Counted from the first letter of the stretch, positions 51,164 through 61,356 are shown. The stretch: DNA of 64,000 nt from a bacterium (GCA_024224155.1 JAAENP010000095.1:66070-130069); one strand, 5' to 3'. Numbers and translations: made by a program. Notes: generated by a model from the sequence alone, not told the origin.

Positions 51164-52134
51164 GACGGCTCCACCCCGGCCCCGGGGCCCAGGTACTCGA
51201 GCTCGAGCTTCGCGAGTCGGAGCGACTCCCGGCGATTGACGAACAACTCGATCTCGCGGCCGCTCTCGGCGGTCACCTCCCGCACCAGTCCGAGATTGCC
51301 GGACCGGACTAGATCCTCGATGTCGAGCGCCTCCCGATCGGTCCATCGTGCCGCTCGATAGAACGAGAGACTCTCGTCGACCGAGCCACGAGTCCTCTGA
51401 ATCAGCTCGGCGATCAAATGGAGACGGGTCGCGATATTTCGGTTCTTGAGCGCGCGCCCCGAGCGGCCGCAAACCGGCCTCTCCAGGAACGCGGCCAGGC
51501 CGGCCTCGTTCGCCCAGCGCGAGAACTGGCAAACATCCGGCGGCGCGCCGTGAAAAAGATCCTGGTAGCCGCGCCGGTTGGTCAGGTCGCCCAACTTGCG
51601 CCGGTCTGCCGACGACAGGTTCGGGACCGTCGCTTGAACCCCCGAAACGCCGGCGCCGGCGAGTCGCTCGAGCCCCTTCCGGCAGATCTTCTCATCCGAG
51701 GTCAGCCCTGGAATCAAAGGCCAGCAGCAGTGAATCCCGGCTGGAACCGAGTCGAGCGCAGCGAGCTTCGGCGGCAGGAGCGCGGGCGTCAGATCCAGGA
51801 CCGGGACCCCCCCTCCGGCCTCGATCTCCTCGCCAGGCAGGAACTGAACAATCGGGTCGGCACCGGCCTCGACCAACCGCTCGCGCAGCTCCTGGCGCCA
51901 CCAATTGAGGACCGCGCCGACCGGTGGCAAATAGGCTACGTCGACGAGATCGGCCAGATCCACCGGTCCCTCGAGGGCGGCCGTCGACTCTCCGGTCTCG
52001 ACGGCGTTGTTGACCAGCTCCTCGCGGGCAAGGTCGAGCCACCACCCACCCGGGCCTGGCCAACGCCTGGGCGCGTGCACGATCCAGCAACGCAGCGGCT
52101 CGGGAAACTGCTCCTCGAATCGGACATTCGACAC
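51160..52134 (-). CDS. Conserved hypothetical protein (324 aa)
   Basis: An uninterrupted ORF whose stop (TGA) overlaps the ltaE TTG start (TTGA). No recognised domain. Confidence 0.45.
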   Translation of the reverse strand: MSNVRFEEQFPEPLRCWIVHAPRRWPGPGGWWLDLAREELVNNAVETGESTAALEGPVDLADLVDVAYLPPVGAVLNWWRQELRERLVEAGADPIVQFLPGEEIEAGGGVPVLDLTPALLPPKLAALDSVPAGIHCCWPLIPGLTSDEKICRKGLERLAGAGVSGVQATVPNLSSADRRKLGDLTNRRGYQDLFHGAPPDVCQFSRWANEAGLAAFLERPVCGRSGRALKNRNIATRLHLIAELIQRTRGSVDESLSFYRAARWTDREALDIEDLVRSGNLGLVREVTAESGREIELFVNRRESLRLAKLELEYLGPGAGVEPS

Positions 52135-52164
52135 GAGTCGAGTCTACCGTGGGGTGACGTTGAA

Positions 52165-53091
52165 TCAGCCGATCAGCGCCTCCGCGAACCGACGCGGAAC
52201 AAACTCGACCAGGTCCGCCGCGCCTTCTCCCACTCCGAGATAAAGGACGGGAAGGCGGAGCTCGCGCGCGATCGCCACCACCACCCCACCCTTGGCCGTA
52301 CCATCGAGCTTGGCCAGCAGGACGCCCGTGGCCTCGGCGGCGTCCACGAACTCGCGGGCCTGAACCACCGCGTTCTGGCCCGTGGTTGCGTCGAGCACGA
52401 GCACCGTCCGGCGATTCCAGTCGGGAGCCTCGCGGTCGATCACGCGCTTGATCTTCGCCAGCTCCGCCATCAAGTGGTCTTTGGTGTGGAGGCGGCCGGC
52501 CGTATCGATAATGATCTCGTCCACCTGGCGGGCTTTGGCCGCTTGTAGTGAATCGAAAACCACGGCTGCCGGATCCGCACCCGATGCTTGCTTGACGACG
52601 TCAATACCCAGGCGCTCGGACCATACTGCAAGCTGCTCGATGGCGGCGGCGCGAAAGGTGTCCGCGGCTACCAGCAGAACTCTCCGTCCGCGCTCTTGCG
52701 CGTGGTAGGCGAGCTTCGCGGCGGAGGTCGTCTTGCCGACGCCGTTGACACCGACCAGCAGGGTCACCAGCGGTCCATCGGGCACCGCCGGAGGCTGGGG
52801 GGCGTCGAGAAGTAGAACGGAAAGGTGATCGGTCAACCGCTCTTTGAGCTTCAGGAGATCCCCGCCCTCGAACCGCCGCGCGTCCTGGCGCACGTTCGCG
52901 ACCAGCTCGAGCGAGGTCTCGACTCCCACGTCGGCGGCGATCAGCGCTTCCTCGAGCATCTCGAGCGTGGTGCCGTCGATGACCGCACGGTCCTGAACGG
53001 CGGCCTCCAACCGATCGAACATCTCGGTGTGGGTCATGAGGAGCCCGCGCTTGAGCTTGCTCCACAGACCCGAGCTCTTCTCCGCGACCAT
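52165..53091 (-). CDS. ftsY: Signal recognition particle receptor FtsY (NG domains)
   Basis: GVNGVGKTTSAAKLA, DTAGRLH, LAKLDGTAKGG are the SRP GTPase G1-G4/G5 motifs. 308 aa, so it lacks a long A domain. Confidence 0.85.
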   Translation of the reverse strand: MVAEKSSGLWSKLKRGLLMTHTEMFDRLEAAVQDRAVIDGTTLEMLEEALIAADVGVETSLELVANVRQDARRFEGGDLLKLKERLTDHLSVLLLDAPQPPAVPDGPLVTLLVGVNGVGKTTSAAKLAYHAQERGRRVLLVAADTFRAAAIEQLAVWSERLGIDVVKQASGADPAAVVFDSLQAAKARQVDEIIIDTAGRLHTKDHLMAELAKIKRVIDREAPDWNRRTVLVLDATTGQNAVVQAREFVDAAEATGVLLAKLDGTAKGGVVVAIARELRLPVLYLGVGEGAADLVEFVPRRFAEALIG

Positions 53092-53121
53092 AGTAGGAAA
53101 CCTCCCCGGTGAGACGCCGAG

Positions 53122-53487
53122 CTAGCTGAACAGCTCGCGCTCGAGGTCGGCGACCGCGCTTTTCAGATAGCGACGAGCCACGCCGGTCGATGCCGGAGAC
53201 GACTGCAAGAGCACGAGGTAATACTCGTCGGGCAGGCACACCGCATGGACGTTCACGTCCCCTTGCCGAAGATGGATCAGGTCGGGATCTCCGAGCTCCG
53301 TCGGCTCAAGCAGGGTCCTCGCCTGGCGCAGGCTGATACCGAAGTAGGCGCCGAAGATCTTGAGCTCCTCGGGTGAGTAGTCCGTGGTGGCCACCTCAAT
53401 GGTCTCGCCGGAATCGTCGAGAAACGCGACCGCGACGGCCCCGGGCACCCGTGCGAGAAGGTCCGCTAGAACATAGTTGAACGGCAT
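53122..53487 (-). CDS. Roadblock/LC7 (MglB-like) domain protein
   Basis: 121 aa with an alpha-beta-beta-alpha-beta-beta pattern. The N-terminus LADLLARVPGAVAVAFLDDSGETIE resembles the Robl_LC7 family. Confidence 0.5.
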   Translation of the reverse strand: MPFNYVLADLLARVPGAVAVAFLDDSGETIEVATTDYSPEELKIFGAYFGISLRQARTLLEPTELGDPDLIHLRQGDVNVHAVCLPDEYYLVLLQSSPASTGVARRYLKSAVADLERELFS

Positions 53488-53517
53488 TCGCTGGAGCAGC
53501 TTCGTGGGCAGACTGGG

Positions 53518-55266
53518 CTAGCCACCGACAGCCAGGGCCTCGGCCGGTGCCTGTGGAACTTCGGCCGTGATCTTCCGGACCTGAACCTCACCGGCCTTGT
53601 AGGCCTGGAGGAATGCGCTCACCACTTTGGCGTCGAAGCGTTGTCCGGCGAGCTCGGTGATTCGCTTGACCGCGAACTCCGTTTCATAGGCCCTTTGATA
53701 CGGCCGATTCGTAGTGATGGCGTCGAACGTGTCCGCAATGCCGATAATCCTCGCCATCAGGGGAATCTTGTCGGCCAGCAACCCATCGGGATAACCGGCC
53801 CCGTTCCAGGCTTCGTGATGCCATCTGATGGCCGGGATCATCTCGCGCAGCTGTTCGATTCGCCTCATGATCTCGGCGCCGATAACCGGGTGGAGCTTCA
53901 TCTGCTCGTACTCGTCGTCGGTGAGAACGCCCCCCTTCTTGAGGATCCGATCCTCGATCCCGATCTTGCCGACATCGTGTAGCAGCGCCCCCACCCACAC
54001 CCGATGCTGCATGTCGGAATCCAGACCGAGGCGCTTGGCAATCGTTCGGCTGTGAGCCGCAACCCGTTCCGAGTGGCCGCGGGTGTACGGGTCCTTGGCG
54101 TCGATCGCGGCGACAAAGGCGCGCATTGATCCGATGAAGAGCTCGCGGTTGGCCTGTGCCGCCTTCTGAAGGCGCTCGACATACCCCTGCACGTGCTCGC
54201 TCATCTGATTGAAATCGCGTCCGAGCTGCTGAATCTCGGAGCCGACGCCGGCGACCTCGACCCGTTTGCCGAAATTGCCGGTCGCGATCTCGTGGCTGGT
54301 CTCGGTCAGCTCCTGAATAGGCCGGCTGATCCTGCGCGAGACCCACGCCGCCAGGATGGACGCCAAAACGATCAAGACTGCCGTCGAGAGAGCGGTCTGA
54401 AACACCATCTGTCGTGCCGCACCGAAGGCGGTCGCCGCGGGCTTCTGAACCACCACTCCCCAGCCGGGCTCGGCGACCGGGCTGACCCGCCCCAGCATCT
54501 CGTGTTCCTTGCCGCCGATCTCGAGCGGGTACTCGGCGGTCAGATTCAGCGGCACGTTGACGAAGTCACGAACCAGGTCGGCGTTCGCGATGGCCCGATC
54601 CACCTCCTCGGTGGAGCCCTCCGACCAGAGGACCCGACCAACTCGGTCGATCAAGAACACACCGACATCACCCTGCGCCTGCTCCTCGAAGAATGCGGCC
54701 AGCGAGCCCACCTCGACGACCCCTTCGAGGACGAGATCCCGTTCAGGACCAAGTGCCAGAGCGACCACGGCCGCCGGTCGACCCGAGCCGGGATCGGTAA
54801 CGAACCGGTAGGCCAGGCGGTCGGAATCGGAAAGGTCACGAAAAGCTCCTTGAAGTGCCTCCAGCCCTTCCGCCGAAACCGGCGCCGCCGCAAACTGCGG
54901 TCCGGAGCCGGCTTGATTCAAGAGCCGCATGACCAGAAAACTCGGATGCGCCTCCAGGAATGCGGCCACCCGCTGCTGCAACCACGGTGAGGCCAACTGG
55001 CCATCGATGCCACCTTCCGCCGGCAGCGACATCATGGTCTCGCCGAGCTGCCGCAGTTGATCCCGAGCCGTGGCCAGGGAACCCGAGAGCTCGACCGAGA
55101 GGAACTGCGCCGAGCGCGTGAGATAGCTCTTCTCCTGGGTTTCGAGAATGTCGCGATTCTGGCGAACGAGAAGCAGGCTGCTCACCGCCAACGGCACGAT
55201 GCCCGACAGCAAGAGCGTCAAAAGCACCAGGTGCCTGAGCGGGAGTCTTGACAGAAAGTTCTTCAT
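53518..55266 (-). CDS. Membrane-anchored sensor HD-GYP phosphodiesterase (periplasmic domain-HAMP-HD-GYP)
   Basis: Two TM segments flank a ~280-aa extracytoplasmic domain. HAMP (…GNFGKRVEVAG…). The HD-GYP domain has HSERVA…HDVGK…HHEAWNGAGYPDGL. Confidence 0.8.
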   Translation of the reverse strand: MKNFLSRLPLRHLVLLTLLLSGIVPLAVSSLLLVRQNRDILETQEKSYLTRSAQFLSVELSGSLATARDQLRQLGETMMSLPAEGGIDGQLASPWLQQRVAAFLEAHPSFLVMRLLNQAGSGPQFAAAPVSAEGLEALQGAFRDLSDSDRLAYRFVTDPGSGRPAAVVALALGPERDLVLEGVVEVGSLAAFFEEQAQGDVGVFLIDRVGRVLWSEGSTEEVDRAIANADLVRDFVNVPLNLTAEYPLEIGGKEHEMLGRVSPVAEPGWGVVVQKPAATAFGAARQMVFQTALSTAVLIVLASILAAWVSRRISRPIQELTETSHEIATGNFGKRVEVAGVGSEIQQLGRDFNQMSEHVQGYVERLQKAAQANRELFIGSMRAFVAAIDAKDPYTRGHSERVAAHSRTIAKRLGLDSDMQHRVWVGALLHDVGKIGIEDRILKKGGVLTDDEYEQMKLHPVIGAEIMRRIEQLREMIPAIRWHHEAWNGAGYPDGLLADKIPLMARIIGIADTFDAITTNRPYQRAYETEFAVKRITELAGQRFDAKVVSAFLQAYKAGEVQVRKITAEVPQAPAEALAVGG

Positions 55267-55350
55267 CAGGGCCTGATAGATGGTCCACGCCCACAGCGAG
55301 ACCAACAAACTGAACTGGATCCCGAAGCGGCTACCACCGCTGCATCTATT

Positions 55351-56442
55351 CTAGGAACCCCCGAGAAACGACGCAAGTTGACGTTCCACGGAAGCCATCG
55401 GGATCACCACCACTTCGGCACAGCCGATTCCGAGGGGCAGCACCCAGCCGAGTCCCGATTCGCGCGCCTTCTTATCCCGTTGCATCGCCTCCAAGACCGA
55501 GGCGGGCGTCAAGTCGGGAAGCTCTGGCAATTCCAGTCTATCGAGCAGCACTCGAATCCGCCTTGCATCCTCGGGCGCCAGGTCTCTCTGCTCGGCGAGG
55601 GCCACCGCAAACATCAGCCCGTGCCCGACCGCATCGCCGTGCCTGAGCTTGCCGTGCCCGACCACCGTCTCGAGTGCATGCCCCAAGGTGTGTCCCAGAT
55701 TGAGCAGCCGTCTTTGGTCACCCTCGCGCTCGTCGGCAGCGACCACCTCGACCTTGACCTCGACGGCGCTCCGAACCGCACGAGCCAGAAGATCGGCATC
55801 CCCCGAAAGCAGACCGTCTAGGTTCGACTCGATCAGCTCGAACAGCGACTCGTCGGCCAGGATCGCCGCTTTTACGATCTCGAAGATCGCCTGGCGTGTC
55901 TCTTCAGCCGGTAGCGTGCTCAAGTGACTCGGGTCGCAGATCACCCAGCGCGGCTGGTGGAAGAGACCTACCGAGTTCTTGGCCTCGGGCAAGTTGACAC
56001 CCGTCTTGCCGCCGATCGCCGCGTCCGCTTGCCCAAGCAGGGTCGTGGGAATCTGGACGTACTCGATACCGCGGAGGAAACAACCGGCGGCGAATCCTCC
56101 GACGTCTCCGACCGTTCCTCCGCCCAGCGTGATCGCCCGGCTGTCTCGCTTTCCTCCCCCCACCAGCATCTCGCGAGTCAACCGCTCTACGGTCGTCAGG
56201 CTCTTGGCGCTCTCTCCGTCTGCAACCTCGAGCTCTACGACATCGACCGCATCGGCCACCAGATTCCGTAGCGAATCTCGGTGGAGTCGGCGCACCCGCG
56301 CCGAGCTGATCACGAAAAGCCTCCGGCCAGCCAGCCATGGAGAAACCTCCGAGGCGGCGTTCGCCAGAGCGCCCGCGCCGAGCCAGATGCGGGTCGAGCC
56401 GCCCCGATGAACGAGGTCGAGGTGTTGGGGCGCCTCCGTCAT
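55351..56442 (-). CDS. aroB: 3-dehydroquinate synthase
   Basis: GGGTVGDVGGFAA ... GKTGVNL ... NLGHTLGHALE motifs. Confidence 0.85.
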   Translation of the reverse strand: MTEAPQHLDLVHRGGSTRIWLGAGALANAASEVSPWLAGRRLFVISSARVRRLHRDSLRNLVADAVDVVELEVADGESAKSLTTVERLTREMLVGGGKRDSRAITLGGGTVGDVGGFAAGCFLRGIEYVQIPTTLLGQADAAIGGKTGVNLPEAKNSVGLFHQPRWVICDPSHLSTLPAEETRQAIFEIVKAAILADESLFELIESNLDGLLSGDADLLARAVRSAVEVKVEVVAADEREGDQRRLLNLGHTLGHALETVVGHGKLRHGDAVGHGLMFAVALAEQRDLAPEDARRIRVLLDRLELPELPDLTPASVLEAMQRDKKARESGLGWVLPLGIGCAEVVVIPMASVERQLASFLGGS

Positions 56443-56490
56443 CTAAGCTCGACCTCTAGCCCGACTTCCTCACCGGCGCGCCGAATCGGT

Positions 56491-58278
56491 CTAGCCTTCT
56501 TCGGAGCTGTCGTCGCCCGCGGCCCCGCCGATCACGGCGATGCCGAGCTCCGCGAGCTGCTCCGAATCGACCGGAGCCGGAGCCGCGGTCATCAGCGAGG
56601 TCGCCGAGGTTGTTTTGGGAAAGGCGATGACATCGCGCAGCGACGCCGCGCCGGTCATCAGCATCACGATTCGATCGAGTCCGAGGGCGATCCCGCCGTG
56701 AGGCGGTGCACCGAATCGAAGGGCCTCGAGCAGGAATCCGAAACGGTCCTTGGCTTCATCCGGGCTCAGCCCCAGCAAGCCGAACACACGCTCCTGAAGC
56801 TCCGAGTCGTGGATTCTGATCGAACCTCCGCCGAGCTCGACACCATTGAGAACGACGTCATAGGCACGGGCTCGCACCGCCCCGGGATCCGTATCGAGTA
56901 GATGAAGATCCTCTGGATCGGGCGCCGTGAACGGGTGATTGCAGGAGTTCCAACGACCTTCATCGGATTCACGTTCCACCAAGGGAAACTCGGTCACCCA
57001 CAGAAAACGATTCGCATCGGGTTCGACGAGATCGAACTCGTCGCCGAGTTGGAGACGTAGCTCTCCCAATGCAGCCGCCGCCACCGGGGCCGGCGCCGCC
57101 ACCAGAACCGCGATGCCCCCGTCCTTCAGCCCCACTGCGGAGGCAATCCTCTCGAGCTCGGTTTCGCTGAGCACGTTCTTGACCTGAAACTGCAGCTCGC
57201 CGTCTCGCTTGCGCAGCGTCAGGACCCCGGCGGCTCCCCTGGCGCGAGCGGTTTCGACCCAGCCGTCGACCTGTTTGCGGGTCGCCGAGGCACCGCCCGG
57301 AACGGCGAAGCCCCGGACCACACCGCCGGCGGCGATCGTCCGTTTAAAGGCCCGGAAGTCGCTGTTGGCGAGTCCCTCCGAGAGATCGGCGATCTCGATC
57401 TCGAGCCGAAGGTCCGGTTTGTCGTTGCCGTAGCGCAACATGGCTTGCTCGTAGGTCAAGCGCGGGAACGGCGGCGCCACCGCGATCCCCACCATCGGGA
57501 AAATCCGTTCGAACAGCCCCTCGATCACGGCAAAGATGTCCTCTTCGGTGGGGAACGACATCTCGACGTCGACCTGAGTGAACTCGGGCTGGCGGTCCGC
57601 CCGCAGGTCCTCGTCCCGGAAACAGCGGGCGATCTGGACGTAGCGCTCGAAGCCCGAGACCATCAGAATCTGCTTGAAGATCTGCGGCGACTGCGGCAGG
57701 GCGTAGAAAGCGCCCCGGCGAACTCGGCTCGGCACCAGATAGTCGCGCGCGCCCTCGGGCGTCGATCGTGTCAGAATCGGCGTCTCGAGATGAATGAAGC
57801 CATTCTCGTGGAAGTAGTTGAGGATCTCGAGAGTGATTCGGTCACGCAGTATCAGGTTGCGCTGGAGGTCGGTGCGGCGAAGGTCGAGGTAGCGGTATCT
57901 GAGGCGGGTTTCCTCGGCGACTTCCTCGACCGGAGTGTCCGGCAGGAAAGGCAACGGCTCGGCTTTTGCCAACACCTCGGCGCGATCGCACACCACCTCC
58001 ACCTCTCCGGTTTCCATGTCCGGGTTGACGGCCTCGGGATCACGCTCGGCCACGACACCTTCGACCTCGACAACCCACTCCAGACGCACGGGGTCGAGGA
58101 TCTCGGCCGACTCCGGATGGTCCTCCGGACGCACCACGATCTGAACCACACCCGACCGGTCTCGGAGCTGCAGAAAGGTGAGGCCTCCCAGGTCTCTCCT
58201 CCTGTGGATCCAGCCTTGGAGCTTGACGCGCGTGCCCGCATCCTCGGCCCGCAGTGTCCCTGAGGCTGAACGTTTCAC
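56491..58278 (-). CDS. aspS: Aspartate--tRNA ligase
   Basis: An OB fold plus a class II core with an insertion domain. FQVKN...RFRDE.. motifs. 595 aa. Confidence 0.9.
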   Translation of the reverse strand: MKRSASGTLRAEDAGTRVKLQGWIHRRRDLGGLTFLQLRDRSGVVQIVVRPEDHPESAEILDPVRLEWVVEVEGVVAERDPEAVNPDMETGEVEVVCDRAEVLAKAEPLPFLPDTPVEEVAEETRLRYRYLDLRRTDLQRNLILRDRITLEILNYFHENGFIHLETPILTRSTPEGARDYLVPSRVRRGAFYALPQSPQIFKQILMVSGFERYVQIARCFRDEDLRADRQPEFTQVDVEMSFPTEEDIFAVIEGLFERIFPMVGIAVAPPFPRLTYEQAMLRYGNDKPDLRLEIEIADLSEGLANSDFRAFKRTIAAGGVVRGFAVPGGASATRKQVDGWVETARARGAAGVLTLRKRDGELQFQVKNVLSETELERIASAVGLKDGGIAVLVAAPAPVAAAALGELRLQLGDEFDLVEPDANRFLWVTEFPLVERESDEGRWNSCNHPFTAPDPEDLHLLDTDPGAVRARAYDVVLNGVELGGGSIRIHDSELQERVFGLLGLSPDEAKDRFGFLLEALRFGAPPHGGIALGLDRIVMLMTGAASLRDVIAFPKTTSATSLMTAAPAPVDSEQLAELGIAVIGGAAGDDSSEEG

Positions 58279-59546
58279 TCTTTTCCCCCTTGCCAGTTGC
58301 CCAAGAGCGCCGCGATCTCGGATCGAGGTACGAAACTCTGCTCGCCGGCGCTCAGGTCTCGGCAGGTCACGCCGCCTCGTTCCACCTCGTCCTCTCCCAA
58401 TAGGAGGACGTAGCGGGCGCCCGAACGATGGGCGCGCTTGAGCGCCGCCTTCATCCGGCCGCCGCCGAAATCGACCACCGCCGCGACACCGTTGGAGCGC
58501 AGCTCTTCACCGAGCTCCATGGCGGCAAGCTTCGGCACGGGATCGATGGCAATCAGGTGCACCGCCGGGTCCCGTGCGCATTTCTTGCGAAACGAAGCCG
58601 GCAACGACTCGATCAACCGGTCCTGGCCAATAGCAAAACCGATGGCCGGCAGATCCGGTCCCCCCAGGTCGGCAAGCAGCCGATCGTAACGGCCGCCGCC
58701 GACGATCGCGTTCTGGGCTCCGAGGCTCTTCGAGACGATTTCGAACACTGTCAGAGTGTAGTAGTCCAGCCCTCTCACCAGGCCCGGATCGACCCGGTAC
58801 TCGACTCCCAGACTACCGAGCGCGGAAAGCAGCCCGTCAAAGTGCTCACGGCTTTCGGCGGAGAGCGAGTCCTCCAGCCTGGGAGCCTCGACGAGAAGCG
58901 CTCGCTCGGAGGGGTCCTTGGTGTCGAGGATCCTCAGCGGATTGCGCTCGAGGCGCTCCAGACTTTCCGAGCTCAGCTGCTCCTTCAGCGGCTCGAAGAA
59001 CTTGACCAGGGCTTGCCGATAGGCCTCGCGAGAGGACTGATCGCCCACCGTATGCACCAGAACGGTCAGATCCTCGAAACCCAGCTCTTTGAGAAAGCCA
59101 ACCAGCATCTCGATGAGCTCGGCATCCGAGGCCGGTCCCGGATCACCCAACAACTCGGCGCCGATCTGATGGAACTCTCGATACCGCCCTTTCTGAGGGC
59201 GCTCGTAGCGAAAGTGGGATCCGATGTAGAACAGCTTCACCGGCAACGGCAGCTCACCGAGCCGGTGATCGACGAACGACCTGGCAACCGCGGCCGTGCT
59301 CTCGGGTCGGAGGGTCAAGCTCCTGCCCTTGCGGTCCTCGAAGGAGTACATCTCCTTGCCGACGATGTCGGTGGACTCTCCAACGCTGCGCACGAAGAGC
59401 TCGGTGTGCTCCAGAACCGGAGTGCGAATCTCGCCATAGCCATAGAGCGAAAAGACCCACCGGGCGATCTCCTCGACGCGCGCCCAAACGCCGCTCTCGG
59501 GCGGCAGAAGGTCCCGAGTGCCCTTGACGTTCGGCATCAGGTCCAA
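58275..59546 (-). CDS. hisS: Histidine--tRNA ligase
   Basis: GTRDLLPPESG ... motifs 1-3 and a C-terminal anticodon-binding domain. 4-nt overlap with aspS. Confidence 0.9.
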   Translation of the reverse strand: MDLMPNVKGTRDLLPPESGVWARVEEIARWVFSLYGYGEIRTPVLEHTELFVRSVGESTDIVGKEMYSFEDRKGRSLTLRPESTAAVARSFVDHRLGELPLPVKLFYIGSHFRYERPQKGRYREFHQIGAELLGDPGPASDAELIEMLVGFLKELGFEDLTVLVHTVGDQSSREAYRQALVKFFEPLKEQLSSESLERLERNPLRILDTKDPSERALLVEAPRLEDSLSAESREHFDGLLSALGSLGVEYRVDPGLVRGLDYYTLTVFEIVSKSLGAQNAIVGGGRYDRLLADLGGPDLPAIGFAIGQDRLIESLPASFRKKCARDPAVHLIAIDPVPKLAAMELGEELRSNGVAAVVDFGGGRMKAALKRAHRSGARYVLLLGEDEVERGGVTCRDLSAGEQSFVPRSEIAALLGNWQGGKE

Positions 59547-60058
59547 CTCTCCTGGCGATACCGTTCCTTGAGATCGACGTAGCGATCGACGATGACGCGT
59601 ATGTTCCGCGTCTCCTCGGGACGGAGATCCCGCACTGGCTTCGCCGGCATTCCCAGCGCCAGAGTACCGGGAGGGATGCGGGTCCCGGGTGAGACCAGAG
59701 CGCCGGCACCGATCTGAGCGCCGGCACCGACCTTGGCGCCGTCAAGCACGCGCGCACCGATGCCAACCAGCGCTCCGTCGGCAACGAAACAGCCGTGAAG
59801 CACCGCGGCGTGTCCGATCACCACGCCGTCGCCGATCTCGAGATCGTGGGTCCGGTGGCTGACGTGGAGAACAGCTCCGTCCTGGACGTTCGTGCGAGCC
59901 CCGATTCGGATCTTGTGGACATCGCCGCGCGCCGCCGAATTGAACCAGAAGGAGCAATCCGGGCCCGCGACCACATCACCAACTAACCAGGCGGTCGGGG
60001 CTACGAAGACCCCGGACTCGATCCGCGGCTCAACTCCACGGTACGGAACAATAGGCAT
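59537..60058 (-). CDS. Gamma-class carbonic anhydrase family protein (hexapeptide repeat)
   Basis: A left-handed beta-helix hexapeptide protein with conserved His (HGCFVADG...). 173 aa. Confidence 0.8.
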   Translation of the reverse strand: MPIVPYRGVEPRIESGVFVAPTAWLVGDVVAGPDCSFWFNSAARGDVHKIRIGARTNVQDGAVLHVSHRTHDLEIGDGVVIGHAAVLHGCFVADGALVGIGARVLDGAKVGAGAQIGAGALVSPGTRIPPGTLALGMPAKPVRDLRPEETRNIRVIVDRYVDLKERYRQESWT

Positions 60059-60205
60059 GTCGGGCGTAAGGAGAGGTGAGGCCGGTCAAATCGGACGCGG
60101 AAGTCTAGCAGGGCCTGATCGAAACAGGCCAGAAAGGTTGAAAAAGGGGGACAGGGATCGGCTTCTTGTGCCAACCTTCCGGATACCGTTTCATACCTCG
60201 TACTC

Positions 60206-60895
60206 ATGCGTGTCGACGTCGTCATTCCCGCCTTCAACGAAGAGGAATCGCTGCCGCTGGTCCTCGCTGCCATTCCCAGAGACGCGGTCGACCGAATCGT
60301 GGTCGTGGACAACGCCTCGACCGACCGCACGGCCGAGATCGCTCGCACAGGCGGAGCGATCGTGGTCAGCGAGGCCCGACCGGGCTACGGCAGCGCGTGC
60401 CTGAAAGGGCTGGCCTACCTGAAGGCCAATCGACCCCCCGAGACCGTTGTCTTTCTCGACGGCGACTACTCGGATCACCCGGATGAGCTGCCCCGCCTGA
60501 TCGGGCCGATTCGGAGCCACGGGGCTCACATGGTCATCGGCTCACGGGTCCTGGGCAATCGCGAGCGCGGAGCCCTTCTGCCGCAGGCGCGTGTCGGCAA
60601 CTGGGTCGCGTGCTCGCTGATCCGCTGGCTATACGGCCACCGCTATACGGATCTGGGACCGTTCCGAGCCATCACCTGGAAGGCCCTCGAGTCCCTCGAG
60701 ATGCGAGACCCGGACTTCGGCTGGACGGCAGAGATGCAGGTCAAGGCCTTGAGGCAGGGGCTCACGGTAGCTGAAGTTCCGGTGAGCTATCGCCGGCGAA
60801 TCGGCGCCTCGAAGATCACCGGTACACTGCGCGGCACGGTGCTCGCCGGCTACAAGATCTTGATCACCGTCATGCGCTACAGTCGCAGCGCCTAA
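60206..60895 (+). CDS. Family 2 glycosyltransferase (polyprenyl-phosphate sugar synthase-like)
   Basis: VVIPAFNEEESL ... VVDNASTDRT ... LDGDYSD (the DxD). 229 aa. Confidence 0.8.
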   Translation: MRVDVVIPAFNEEESLPLVLAAIPRDAVDRIVVVDNASTDRTAEIARTGGAIVVSEARPGYGSACLKGLAYLKANRPPETVVFLDGDYSDHPDELPRLIGPIRSHGAHMVIGSRVLGNRERGALLPQARVGNWVACSLIRWLYGHRYTDLGPFRAITWKALESLEMRDPDFGWTAEMQVKALRQGLTVAEVPVSYRRRIGASKITGTLRGTVLAGYKILITVMRYSRSA

Positions 60896-60909
60896 AGATC
60901 GAAGCCCCG

Positions 60910-61335
60910 ATGTCAACGTCTCCCAGCCCCCGATCCGCTTCCGTCACGGTGGAGGTGCGCTACGCCGAAACCGACCAGATGGGTGTCGTTCACCATGCCG
61001 TATTCCCGGTCTGGTTCGAGCTGGCTCGGACCCGCCTCTGCCGGCACACGGGATTTTCCTATGCCCAGATCGAGGCTTCCGGTTACTTGCTCCTGGTCAC
61101 GAAACTCTCGATCGACTATCGAAAGTCGGCCCGGTATCCCGATGAAGTGGTCACCACGTGCCGCCTCGAACGTCTCGCCAGCCGCGGTCTGCGATTCGGC
61201 TACGAGGTTCACGTGCACGACGAACTGCTGGCGCGCGGAACCACCGAGCACGTCTGGTTCGAGGTCGCCAGTGGCAAACCCTGCCGGGTTCCCGATCGAT
61301 TGGCCGCACCGTTCGCGAGTCTTCTCGTCGCCTGA
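60910..61335 (+). CDS. Acyl-CoA thioesterase, 4HBT/YbgC-like hotdog
   Basis: VRYAETDQMGVVHHAVFPVWFE (catalytic Asp). 141 aa. Confidence 0.75.
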   Translation: MSTSPSPRSASVTVEVRYAETDQMGVVHHAVFPVWFELARTRLCRHTGFSYAQIEASGYLLLVTKLSIDYRKSARYPDEVVTTCRLERLASRGLRFGYEVHVHDELLARGTTEHVWFEVASGKPCRVPDRLAAPFASLLVA

Positions 61336-61356
61336 CCGCTGATAGCCTGAGCAGAG

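Noticed and set aside
53122-53487. Calling the 121-aa protein definitively MglB.
   Set aside because: - There is only a fold-level resemblance.
- No partner small GTPase is nearby.
- It is kept as a roadblock/LC7-like protein with low confidence.
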